This document shows positions 20,019-27,522 of a DNA stretch of 35,517 bases, piece after piece. Below the pieces are notes generated by a model, which was not told where the DNA came from, did not search any database, and was given only the letters and a program-made list of their open reading frames with translations. The position numbers and the translations under genes are program-made. The stretch is from the NCBI GenBank assembly GCA_002497025.1, contig DAMG01000019.1, positions 1-35,517 of the forward strand, given 5' to 3'. Origin of the DNA: Euryarchaeota archaeon UBA126. GTDB lineage: Archaea; Thermoplasmatota; Poseidoniia; Poseidoniales; Thalassarchaeaceae. Positions within the stretch are counted from its first letter, which is position 1. Each line of letters starts with the position of its first letter.

Positions 20019-20615
20019 ATGACATCGATATTTGTGTTCTGCATCGAGTGCGGAGGCTCCATACCCGATGAAGCGAAATTTTGTCCTTCTTGTGGTAGCA
20101 AGATGTCACCGCCTGAAGAAAAAAATTCATCCCAGCAAGACCAGCTAAAGATAGAAATTGAAGAACTTAAGGAAGTAATCATAACAGGTCAAGAAAATAA
20201 TTTCAACACAAGAAATATCGTGTTAATCGGAATAGGTTTCTTCTGCCTATTTCTTATTTTCAAGCCAGGGCCACTGGGATTTTCAATGATTGATTTAGCC
20301 CAAGTAGAGTGTGATTATTGGTATGACGAAGACATTCGAGATTGTGAAGATGAGCGGAGCGGTAAGATTGCTCAAGTACTACTGCTCATAATCATCAGCG
20401 TTTCCTCTTTCATAATTGCTGCTCGTAAACCCGCAACTGAAGTCAAGGAAGAGTCTGAATTCAGTTTAAAGTTCATAGAAGATTCTCTAGAAAAAAGAGA
20501 TGATGAACCAAAACATCCTAATTCGAAGGAATTTTCCTCAATGAATTTAATCAGAGTAATTGTTTTAATAATCTGTATATTGCTGTTTTCGTCAATAGCT
20601 AATTTCTCCCTATGA
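20019..20615 (+). CDS. Zinc-ribbon domain membrane protein; start may be GTG at 20034
   Basis: FCIECG...PDEAKFCPSCG zinc ribbon followed by three hydrophobic segments. Confidence 0.75.
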   Translation: MTSIFVFCIECGGSIPDEAKFCPSCGSKMSPPEEKNSSQQDQLKIEIEELKEVIITGQENNFNTRNIVLIGIGFFCLFLIFKPGPLGFSMIDLAQVECDYWYDEDIRDCEDERSGKIAQVLLLIIISVSSFIIAARKPATEVKEESEFSLKFIEDSLEKRDDEPKHPNSKEFSSMNLIRVIVLIICILLFSSIANFSL

Positions 20616-20648
20616 GTTCCGTAAAGGATAGATTTCATTCGAAAAAAA

Positions 20649-21110
20649 CTAATTTTGTCTCTTACACTTTGCACTATTTGCGGCGTGCTCCCTAACTGTA
20701 ACACTTTCAACCCAGCATCTTTCGCCATATTTCTCTTGAATCATTTTACTAGAGTATTCCATAGCCATTTTGGCAAACATTTCTGCTCCTGTAGATTCCA
20801 CAACTACCATGTCGATAATACCGTTATTATTCAGCAATTCAAATTCGGAAAATTGGGGATCATCTGAAGCAACTAAGGTCTTGTGATCGAAATTACTCCT
20901 GAGCCAAACCTCCAACTCTTTGAGTCCACCAAAATCAACTACCCAATTTTTTTCATCCAATTCATCCGCACCAAATTCAAACTCAAATTCAAGTGAGTAG
21001 CCATGTAAGAATTTGCAGTGACTATCTGCTCTCCATTGTCTGAAAGCTGCAGACAGTCCTCTTTCGTGTCCATATTTCTTCAAAGAAAAATATTTAGTCA
21101 AATCAATCAC
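20649..21110 (-). CDS. queD: 6-carboxy-5,6,7,8-tetrahydropterin synthase (variant QueD)
   Basis: HCKFLHGY, WVVDFGGLK, FDHK and AE.FA, with terminal VRE..ANSA; lies in an operon with folE, queE and queC. Confidence 0.88.
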   Translation of the reverse strand: MIDLTKYFSLKKYGHERGLSAAFRQWRADSHCKFLHGYSLEFEFEFGADELDEKNWVVDFGGLKELEVWLRSNFDHKTLVASDDPQFSEFELLNNNGIIDMVVVESTGAEMFAKMAMEYSSKMIQEKYGERCWVESVTVREHAANSAKCKRQN

Positions 21111-22191
21111 CTCTAAAATTCAAGCATATCGAGTTTATACAATATCGTGGGCCTCTGGCTTCATGGAATAAATGACCTAGATGTGAATCACATTTTGAAC
21201 ATCTCACCTCAATTCTAACCATCCCGTGACTAGTATCCTTTAGTTGAGTAATTTCAGCATCAGGAACTTCCTCGCTAAATGCGGGCCAACCACATCCGGA
21301 ATCGAATTTCGCTTCAGATGAAAACAGCAACTTATCACACTCTGCACAATAGTATCTGCCTGATTCGAAGTGTTTGTCATATTCGCCAGTAAATGGTCTC
21401 TCTGTACCATTTTGTTTCATTACATGAAACCGTAATTGAGCCTTTAGAGCTCCTTGTAACACCTCATTCCATGATGTGACGTATTCTACAGGATCCTCTC
21501 TACCGATGGCATGGAAAGCGAGAATCCTCTCAACATCCGCACCGCTAGTACCACTACTCCTTCCTTTAGAATCTGGATTGTATGAGGTGTTTGTATTCCT
21601 GAAGATAGTATCAAAGTCAATATCCAATTTATTGCACGATTCTAATGCGTCCTTCAGTATTGTTTCTTTGTCGCCATCAATGTATGGCAAGTGAAATGAA
21701 ATTCGTTCACTATCCCAGTTTCCTATTGCAAAAGATTCCCCAAGCGATTGATAAAATTCCGGTCTACAATCAGGATATATTGCATGGTCACCAGAATGTA
21801 CTCCTAGAGCGATACTGACATCTGTATCCTCTTGTGTTGCTATAGATAGGCCATATCCGTAAAGGATGGATGAAAATATCGCGTTGCGATTAGGTACGAC
21901 CGTTGCCTTCATTTGTTCTTCTTCATAATGACCTTCTGGAACCTCAATATCCTTCTTTGTTAATGCAGAATTGAATATCCCCATTACTCCCGAGAGATCG
22001 ACAATTCTATGTTCTACGGTAAGGTTATTTTCTGCTAAGTACTCTATATTGGCTTTAGCCCTATCAATTTCTATCACATGTTTCTGTCCGTAATCGTAAC
22101 TAATGCAACTTACAGTATATCCGTCAGCCAATAGACCACATAGAAGTGCGGTCGAATCCATACCTCCACTCAATGCCATTACTGCTCGAAT
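21103..22191 (-). CDS. queC: 7-cyano-7-deazaguanine synthase fused to a C-terminal methionine-R-sulfoxide reductase (MsrB) domain; start ambiguous (ATT 22191 or ATG 22209)
   Basis: QueC: SGGMDS, YGQKH, TVVPNRN, HSGDHAIYPDCRPEF. MsrB: GTERPFTGEY, CAEC, KFDSGCGWPAF, EVRCSKCDSHLGH, RYCINS. One continuous reading frame. Confidence 0.92.
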   Translation of the reverse strand: MRAVMALSGGMDSTALLCGLLADGYTVSCISYDYGQKHVIEIDRAKANIEYLAENNLTVEHRIVDLSGVMGIFNSALTKKDIEVPEGHYEEEQMKATVVPNRNAIFSSILYGYGLSIATQEDTDVSIALGVHSGDHAIYPDCRPEFYQSLGESFAIGNWDSERISFHLPYIDGDKETILKDALESCNKLDIDFDTIFRNTNTSYNPDSKGRSSGTSGADVERILAFHAIGREDPVEYVTSWNEVLQGALKAQLRFHVMKQNGTERPFTGEYDKHFESGRYYCAECDKLLFSSEAKFDSGCGWPAFSEEVPDAEITQLKDTSHGMVRIEVRCSKCDSHLGHLFHEARGPRYCINSICLNFRGD

Positions 22192-22796
22192 TATAGCACC
22201 CCCATCCATTTGTGTGTCTGTAGACTTAATCTCCAACCAGGATTATCTTTAACCAATTTTTCAACTGCCGCGAAATTCTTGCCATTCCATTCTACATCTT
22301 CATCATCGATATAACAGGGTTGTAAGTAATGATGTTCAAATCCACTCTTTAACTCCTCATACATATCTAGAGACTGCCCACAATATACAACTTTGAGTTC
22401 GTCTCCGGTTTTCTGTTTGATACTGACATTGGGATATAATTGATCCTTGGGAGATACACAAATCCAGTCGATAATTTCAGGAATTGGGATAGTCCCATTC
22501 GTTTCTATTGAGAGGTGTATGTCATATTCTTTCAGTCTACTACCTATAGCCTCCAAATCTTGTATAGCAGGTTCTCCACCAGTGAATATTACTCTTTTAC
22601 AATCGAATTCTAGTACTTGATTAACAATATCTTCCAACTCTAAATCTTCGAAGGTGAGGAAGTCTGTATCACACCATTCACAGCGAAGGTTACAATTCCC
22701 AAAACGGATGAATACATGAGGTAAACCAGTGTGAAAAGCCTCACCTTGGACCGAATGAAATATCTCCACTATGGGGTAAGTCGGCATCATATTCAC
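22191..22796 (-). CDS. queE: 7-carboxy-7-deazaguanine synthase (radical SAM)
   Basis: EIFHSVQGE, FIRF..CNLRCEWCDT, TGGEP, IETNGT, VSPK and WRLSLQTHK. Confidence 0.95.
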   Translation of the reverse strand: MNMMPTYPIVEIFHSVQGEAFHTGLPHVFIRFGNCNLRCEWCDTDFLTFEDLELEDIVNQVLEFDCKRVIFTGGEPAIQDLEAIGSRLKEYDIHLSIETNGTIPIPEIIDWICVSPKDQLYPNVSIKQKTGDELKVVYCGQSLDMYEELKSGFEHHYLQPCYIDDEDVEWNGKNFAAVEKLVKDNPGWRLSLQTHKWMGVL

Positions 22797-22798
22797 CT

Positions 22799-23371
22799 TT
22801 ACAGTGGGGGTGATTGAATTAATTGCATCAGCTCGGTTCTAGCCTCGTTCTTATCGAAGAATACGCCTCTCATTGCTGAAGTGGTCATTATACTATTTTG
22901 TTTCTTCACTCCGCGACACTTCATGCAACCATGAGATGCTTCTATGATTACGGCTGCTCCTAATGGGTTGAGATGCTGTTCCAAATCATCTGCTATTCCT
23001 TTTGTTATTCTTTCTTGATTTTGTAGTCTTCTAGCGTGTAAATCAACAATTCTTGCTAATTTACTAATCCCTACAATTCGTTCTATTGGTATGTAGGCAA
23101 TATGAGCCCTACCAGTAAATGGTTGCAAATGGTGTTCGCATGTAGAATGGAATTCTATGTCTCTTAACAACACAATTCCGTCATAGTCTTCCGCGTTGAA
23201 TGTAGAACTCAGAACTTCGGCAGGATCCTCAGCATACCCAGAAAAAATTTCTTTCCACGAATTAACAACTCGCGAAGGTGTGTCAACTAATCCTTCTCTA
23301 TTAGATTGCCCGGGTTCAATATATTCTAGGATGGTCGAAATAGCTTGTTGAGCTTCTGATTCACTAACCAT
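22799..23371 (-). CDS. folE: GTP cyclohydrolase I (type IA)
   Basis: REGL.DTP.RV, STCEHHL.PF, GISKLARIV, RRLQ.QER and HGCMKCRGV. Confidence 0.96.
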   Translation of the reverse strand: MVSESEAQQAISTILEYIEPGQSNREGLVDTPSRVVNSWKEIFSGYAEDPAEVLSSTFNAEDYDGIVLLRDIEFHSTCEHHLQPFTGRAHIAYIPIERIVGISKLARIVDLHARRLQNQERITKGIADDLEQHLNPLGAAVIIEASHGCMKCRGVKKQNSIMTTSAMRGVFFDKNEARTELMQLIQSPPL

Positions 23372-23374
23372 GTT

Positions 23375-23548
23375 TCATTCCACCTTTGTACGACCATGAC
23401 GGATATCCACCTCATCTAATTGGTCTAACATTTTACGGCAAGCGGTGCGAATAGCGTCTGCTACTGATACGAATTTGTGTTCATCACCTACATGTAACTT
23501 CAAGTCATCAAGAAGTTCGTTAGGCATGTCCAGACTAATCTTAGGCAT
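23375..23548 (-). CDS. Small ribbon-helix-helix (CopG/NikR-N-like) transcriptional regulator, 57 aa (not in the ORF track)
   Basis: Manual translation MPKISLDMPNELLDDLKLHVGDEHKFVSVADAIRTACRKMLDQLDEVDIRHGRTKVE shows the alternating beta-strand KISLDMP, helix and S..DAIR.A helix pattern; the stop lies 3 nt before the folE ATG. Confidence 0.82.
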   Translation of the reverse strand: MPKISLDMPNELLDDLKLHVGDEHKFVSVADAIRTACRKMLDQLDEVDIRHGRTKVE

Positions 23549-23575
23549 GTTTTCGCGAGAACATAGGTGTTTTAG

Positions 23576-23604
23576 ATATTACTCTGGTATTATTCTAGTA
23601 ATAT
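23576..23604. promoter_or_regulatory. Candidate operator: perfect 8-bp inverted repeat ATATTACT-N13-AGTAATAT upstream of the RHH-que operon
   Basis: The repeat is seen directly, 28-56 nt upstream of the RHH start, over the expected TATA/BRE position. Function is inferred. Confidence 0.45.
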
Positions 23605-24014
23605 TACACCTTTTGGCACTCGACAAGTTCAACCAAAACACCACCTGTTGATGAGGGGTGGACGAATGCTATCCTTGTTCCATTTGCTCCTTCAACAGGC
23701 TCTTGATTTATCATCCTGATACCAGATGATTGTAATTCTTTTATGGTTGATAATATATCTTCTGTTTTCACAGCAATCTGTTGCACTCCTTCTCCTCTTT
23801 TTTGTAGAAATTTGCCAATTGGTGTATCTACGGATAAGGGCTCTAAGAGCTCTATTTTAGGACCTCCAGAAGGTGTTTGAAAGAATCTTATTTTCACACC
23901 TTGGTCTTCATTAATTTCGTCGTTTTTATGGATGAATCCCAAAGAGGTCCAAAACTTGCTATGAGCATCCAATGAATGGGTAGCAATCCCGATATGATCA
24001 ACACCTTCAGTCAT
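23604..24014 (-). CDS. mce: Methylmalonyl-CoA epimerase; probable start at 24014
   Basis: DHIGIA, QGVKI.F, IELLEP, IGKFLQKRGEG and AFVHP...GGVLVELVE; directly follows the mutase gene. Confidence 0.92.
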   Translation of the reverse strand: MTEGVDHIGIATHSLDAHSKFWTSLGFIHKNDEINEDQGVKIRFFQTPSGGPKIELLEPLSVDTPIGKFLQKRGEGVQQIAVKTEDILSTIKELQSSGIRMINQEPVEGANGTRIAFVHPSSTGGVLVELVECQKV

Positions 24015-24015
24015 A

Positions 24016-25608
24016 TCAAACACCACTTGGGGCGACCCAGGTGCCAAAATTTTGCCTGAGAACTTCGTTCACTTCTCCTAGTGTGACTTCAGCCTTGAAA
24101 GCATCAATCAAAGGTTCCATCAAATTGGTCCCGTTAATTGCTGCTTTTTCAATTTCAAGAATGCATTTTTCAGCTTTGGATTTCTCTCTATTTTGAATAA
24201 TTTGTTGCACCATTTTAGATTGCGACTCTGCATTGGCCTGATCTTGAATTTGACCCATTAAAGTAGAAGTATCTTCTTCAGAATATTTATTCACTCCAAT
24301 AACGCTAGTAGTTCCATCTTCAACAGATTTTAGTTGGTTCCACGCGGCCTCGTGAATATGGCGCTGCTGATAACCTGAAACGACACATTTCATTGCTCCA
24401 CCATCGGCTTCTATCTCCTCTACCAACCGTTTGGATTTATTGTATAGTTTGGATGTTAATTCTTCGACTAAATATGATCCAGCAAGGGGATCAACGGATT
24501 TGGTGATATTTGTTTCATTGGCCAAAATCTGTTGTGTTCTTAATGCTAACAAGGCAGATTCGTCGGTTGGTAATCCGATCGCTTCATCATAGGAATTAGT
24601 GTGGAGACTCTGAGTTCCACCAAGAACTGCAGAAAGTGCTTGATAGGATACCCGTACTGCATTATTGAGCGGTTGTTGAGCAGTTAATGTTACACCCGCA
24701 GTTTGTGTATGGAATCGTAACATGGTAGATTTTTGATTTCTTGGTTCATATCGTTCCATCACCAAATCATGCCATAATTTCCTAGCGGCTCTAAATTTAG
24801 CAACTTCTTCAAAGAAATCATTATGGCAACCAAAAAAGAACGACATTCTTGGGGCTACGTCATCAATATCCATACCCGCTTTTATCGCCTGAGTCAGGTA
24901 TTCCAATCCGTTTGATAATGTGAATGCTATTTCTTGTGTGGCAGTACAACCAGCTTCTCTCATGTGGTAACCACTAACAGAGATTGTATTCCATTGAGGC
25001 GTGTTTAACTTACTCCAGGACATTAGGTCAGTAGTCAATCTCATAGATTCTTCAGGTGGGAATATGTACAGACCTCTAGCAATATATTCTTTCAGAATAT
25101 CATTTTGTACGGTGCCTCGTAAACTTTCTCTGGGAATTCCGCATTCATCAGCATAAGCAATGTACAGAGCAAATAATGAGGTGGCTGGAGCATTAATCGT
25201 CATTGAGGTGGAAACTTCGGATAAGTCAATACCTTGGAATAGGAATCGAATATCATGAATTGAGTCAATTGCTACTCCAACTTTACCTACTTCTCCTTCA
25301 GCTAAATCTGAATTAGAGTTCAACCCTAATTGAGTAGGTAAATCGAAAGCTACAGATAAACCAGATTGTCCATTATCTAGCAATTCCAGAAAACGCTTGT
25401 TAGTCGACTTCGCATCAGAAAAACCAGCATATTGCCTCATTGTCCATAGTCGGTCTAGATACATATTTTTGTGAATCCCTCGAGTATAGGGAGGGGTTCC
25501 TGAATTGTTATGTTCAGTGAATGAAACATCAGTTTCCGTGAGGGTGTTTACAGAAGGATGAGTAGACCGTTCAGTGTGTAAATCAAAACCGTCCGGACCC
25601 GTTCCCAT
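24016..25608 (-). CDS. Methylmalonyl-CoA mutase, substrate-binding (large) subunit without B12-binding domain
   Basis: PYTRG, WTMRQYAGF (Tyr specificity residue), GLSVAFDLPTQ, TVQNDILKEY, ISVSGYHMREAG and QSLHTNSYDEA. Confidence 0.93.
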   Translation of the reverse strand: MGTGPDGFDLHTERSTHPSVNTLTETDVSFTEHNNSGTPPYTRGIHKNMYLDRLWTMRQYAGFSDAKSTNKRFLELLDNGQSGLSVAFDLPTQLGLNSNSDLAEGEVGKVGVAIDSIHDIRFLFQGIDLSEVSTSMTINAPATSLFALYIAYADECGIPRESLRGTVQNDILKEYIARGLYIFPPEESMRLTTDLMSWSKLNTPQWNTISVSGYHMREAGCTATQEIAFTLSNGLEYLTQAIKAGMDIDDVAPRMSFFFGCHNDFFEEVAKFRAARKLWHDLVMERYEPRNQKSTMLRFHTQTAGVTLTAQQPLNNAVRVSYQALSAVLGGTQSLHTNSYDEAIGLPTDESALLALRTQQILANETNITKSVDPLAGSYLVEELTSKLYNKSKRLVEEIEADGGAMKCVVSGYQQRHIHEAAWNQLKSVEDGTTSVIGVNKYSEEDTSTLMGQIQDQANAESQSKMVQQIIQNREKSKAEKCILEIEKAAINGTNLMEPLIDAFKAEVTLGEVNEVLRQNFGTWVAPSGV

Positions 25609-25659
25609 ACTATGACCGAAGGGCGTTCTATGAATGAAGTATATGCTATGTTATACTCC

Positions 25660-26397
25660 TTAACGACGAATAGTATAATCATCTACAATAGCCAATAAAC
25701 CAGATACTTGTTCTTGATTTAAAATTCCTTCTTTTTCCTTGTCCAAAATATATTGTTTTGATTCTTCGGTATTCTGTCTTTCGCCTTTGGCCCAAATAGA
25801 ACCAAGTAGTGCAGATCGATGTTCTTCCGCTACATCGATTTCTTGCAATAATCCGCGCATCTCGTACTTGTACTCCATATGTCTAGATCTATCAAGACGT
25901 TTTTCTCTAATAGCGGGTTGAAAATCTGGTTTCTTTCTACGGAAGGGGCGGGTAGGTTTGTTAGCGGGAGCTTCAGTCTTCTTTTGTTTAACCTCAACCT
26001 TTGCGTTTGCTCGAGCTTTGGAGGCTTTGATAATTTCCTGGGCTTTTGAGCTAGTAGAATTAACCTCATCTATTTTTTCCTCTTCTTTTACAGACTCAGT
26101 TAAGCCCCTTGTGGGCCTCTTAGTAACGCCAAGTAATTGTTCCTCTAATATTACATCTTCTTGTTCTGGAGATTTCGTTTTGGTATCCATTGGTTGAGAT
26201 TTTGATTTTTTGGTGGCCTTAGGTATAGTGGGGGGCTTAGAGATAACCGGAGCGGGTGGTGGTGTTGCTTCGGGTCTACGAGGTTTTTCAGAAACTGTAT
26301 CTCTTCTATTTTTCAGGGGGCTTTTTGGAGGCTTGCCGCCAGAGGACTTGTCGAAAATATTTCGAGGCTCGCTCTTAGGCTTCCTACGGCGCTGCAC
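25660..26397 (-). CDS. Hypothetical protein with a basic Lys/Pro-rich disordered N-terminus and helical C-terminal domain
   Basis: 245-aa ORF co-oriented with its neighbours, with an AGGAGG SD before the GTG; no family recognised. Confidence 0.75.
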   Translation of the reverse strand: MQRRRKPKSEPRNIFDKSSGGKPPKSPLKNRRDTVSEKPRRPEATPPPAPVISKPPTIPKATKKSKSQPMDTKTKSPEQEDVILEEQLLGVTKRPTRGLTESVKEEEKIDEVNSTSSKAQEIIKASKARANAKVEVKQKKTEAPANKPTRPFRRKKPDFQPAIREKRLDRSRHMEYKYEMRGLLQEIDVAEEHRSALLGSIWAKGERQNTEESKQYILDKEKEGILNQEQVSGLLAIVDDYTIRR

Positions 26398-26461
26398 TAG
26401 AATTTCTGCCTCCTAATCTATCGGCACGACCGTTGATAGTTAAGACTTCGCAAAAAGATGG

Positions 26462-27472
26462 TCATTTCCACGTTACGATTGTATGGTCTGTTCTGAGCGA
26501 AGGATTGATTTCACTGGAATCTAAACTTGTTGGATTTTGGGTTTCCAACATCCTCCGTCCTAATTCTGCAATCATAGTTCCATTATCGATACAGTATTGC
26601 TTCTCGGGCCAAGTTCCAACAGATCCTCGTTGCTCACACATCACTCGGGCCATTTCCCTTATACGTTCATTGCAAGCAACTCCTCCACCAAGTAATAATT
26701 CTGATTTTCCAGAATGAGCCAACGCCCTTTCAGCTACCTCGATGCATGCTGCAAATGCATGTTCTTGCAATGACCAACAGACAGCACCTAATTCGAATCC
26801 CTCCTTGACTTTTTGAATAGCCGCATTTAGTAGACCTGAGAAATTTAAATCCATACCTTGGACACTGTAAGGCAATTCAACCAAATCGACGTCAGCCTCG
26901 GGATTCTTTTGGTACCAATCTCGTGCTAATTGTTCAATTTTAGGACCTCCAGGGAAGGCTAAGCCCTGAGTTCTGGCAAATTTATCTAACATATTCCCAA
27001 TCCCAATGTCTAAGGTTTCTCCTAATACCTGGTAACGTTCACCTGCCCTTGCAATAACTTGTGTATTCCCTCCACTAACATATAGCAAAACAGGATCTAC
27101 ACAACCAGTTTGATTGCGACCAATTTCTATGTGAGCGACACAATGATTGACTCCAACGAGAGGTATATTCCATTGTTGCGATAGTGCTCGGGAAACATTC
27201 GCCCCAACGCGTAAACAGGGCCCTAATCCAGGACCCTGACTATATGCAATCGCCGTCACATCGTCTGGCTGAAGGCCCTCTTCCTTCATCAATCTAGAAA
27301 TAAGTTCGGAAGCGAGATTTGAATGATGATCCGCTGCTTCTCGTGGATGTATCCCCCCTTCCTCTGGGCGATACAATGCAGAATAGGATTTGTGAGGCCT
27401 TCCTTCATCCGTCACTAAACCGAAAGAGAACGTGTGGGCGGTGCTCTCTACCCCGATGATTACCCCTGACAC
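26462..27472 (-). CDS. kae1: tRNA N6-threonylcarbamoyltransferase (KEOPS Kae1), not fused to Bud32
   Basis: GVESTAHT, GGIHPREAA.HH, SQGPGLGPCL, NHCVAHIEIG, SGGNTQ, GETLDI.IGN, GGGVACN and DNG.MIA. Confidence 0.96.
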   Translation of the reverse strand: MSGVIIGVESTAHTFSFGLVTDEGRPHKSYSALYRPEEGGIHPREAADHHSNLASELISRLMKEEGLQPDDVTAIAYSQGPGLGPCLRVGANVSRALSQQWNIPLVGVNHCVAHIEIGRNQTGCVDPVLLYVSGGNTQVIARAGERYQVLGETLDIGIGNMLDKFARTQGLAFPGGPKIEQLARDWYQKNPEADVDLVELPYSVQGMDLNFSGLLNAAIQKVKEGFELGAVCWSLQEHAFAACIEVAERALAHSGKSELLLGGGVACNERIREMARVMCEQRGSVGTWPEKQYCIDNGTMIAELGRRMLETQNPTSLDSSEINPSLRTDHTIVTWK

Positions 27473-27522
27473 ACACTTTTGAGTCGAGAACTACATATCA
27501 ATGGAACGTTCCAATTCCCTCC

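Noticed and set aside
20649-23548. QueC-based anti-phage system (Qat or CBASS type IV) or dpd DNA-modification island
   Set aside because: No qatABD, cyclase, TGT/DpdA or helicase genes; the context is a biosynthetic folE-queE-queC-queD operon.
23549-23603. preQ1 riboswitch upstream of the que operon
   Set aside because: The gap is only 55 nt, mostly promoter-like, with no recognisable preQ1 stem and A-rich tail motif.
24016-25608. Mutase lacking a B12-binding domain as a possible pseudogene
   Set aside because: Archaeal methylmalonyl-CoA mutases are normally split into two subunits, and the catalytic motifs are intact.
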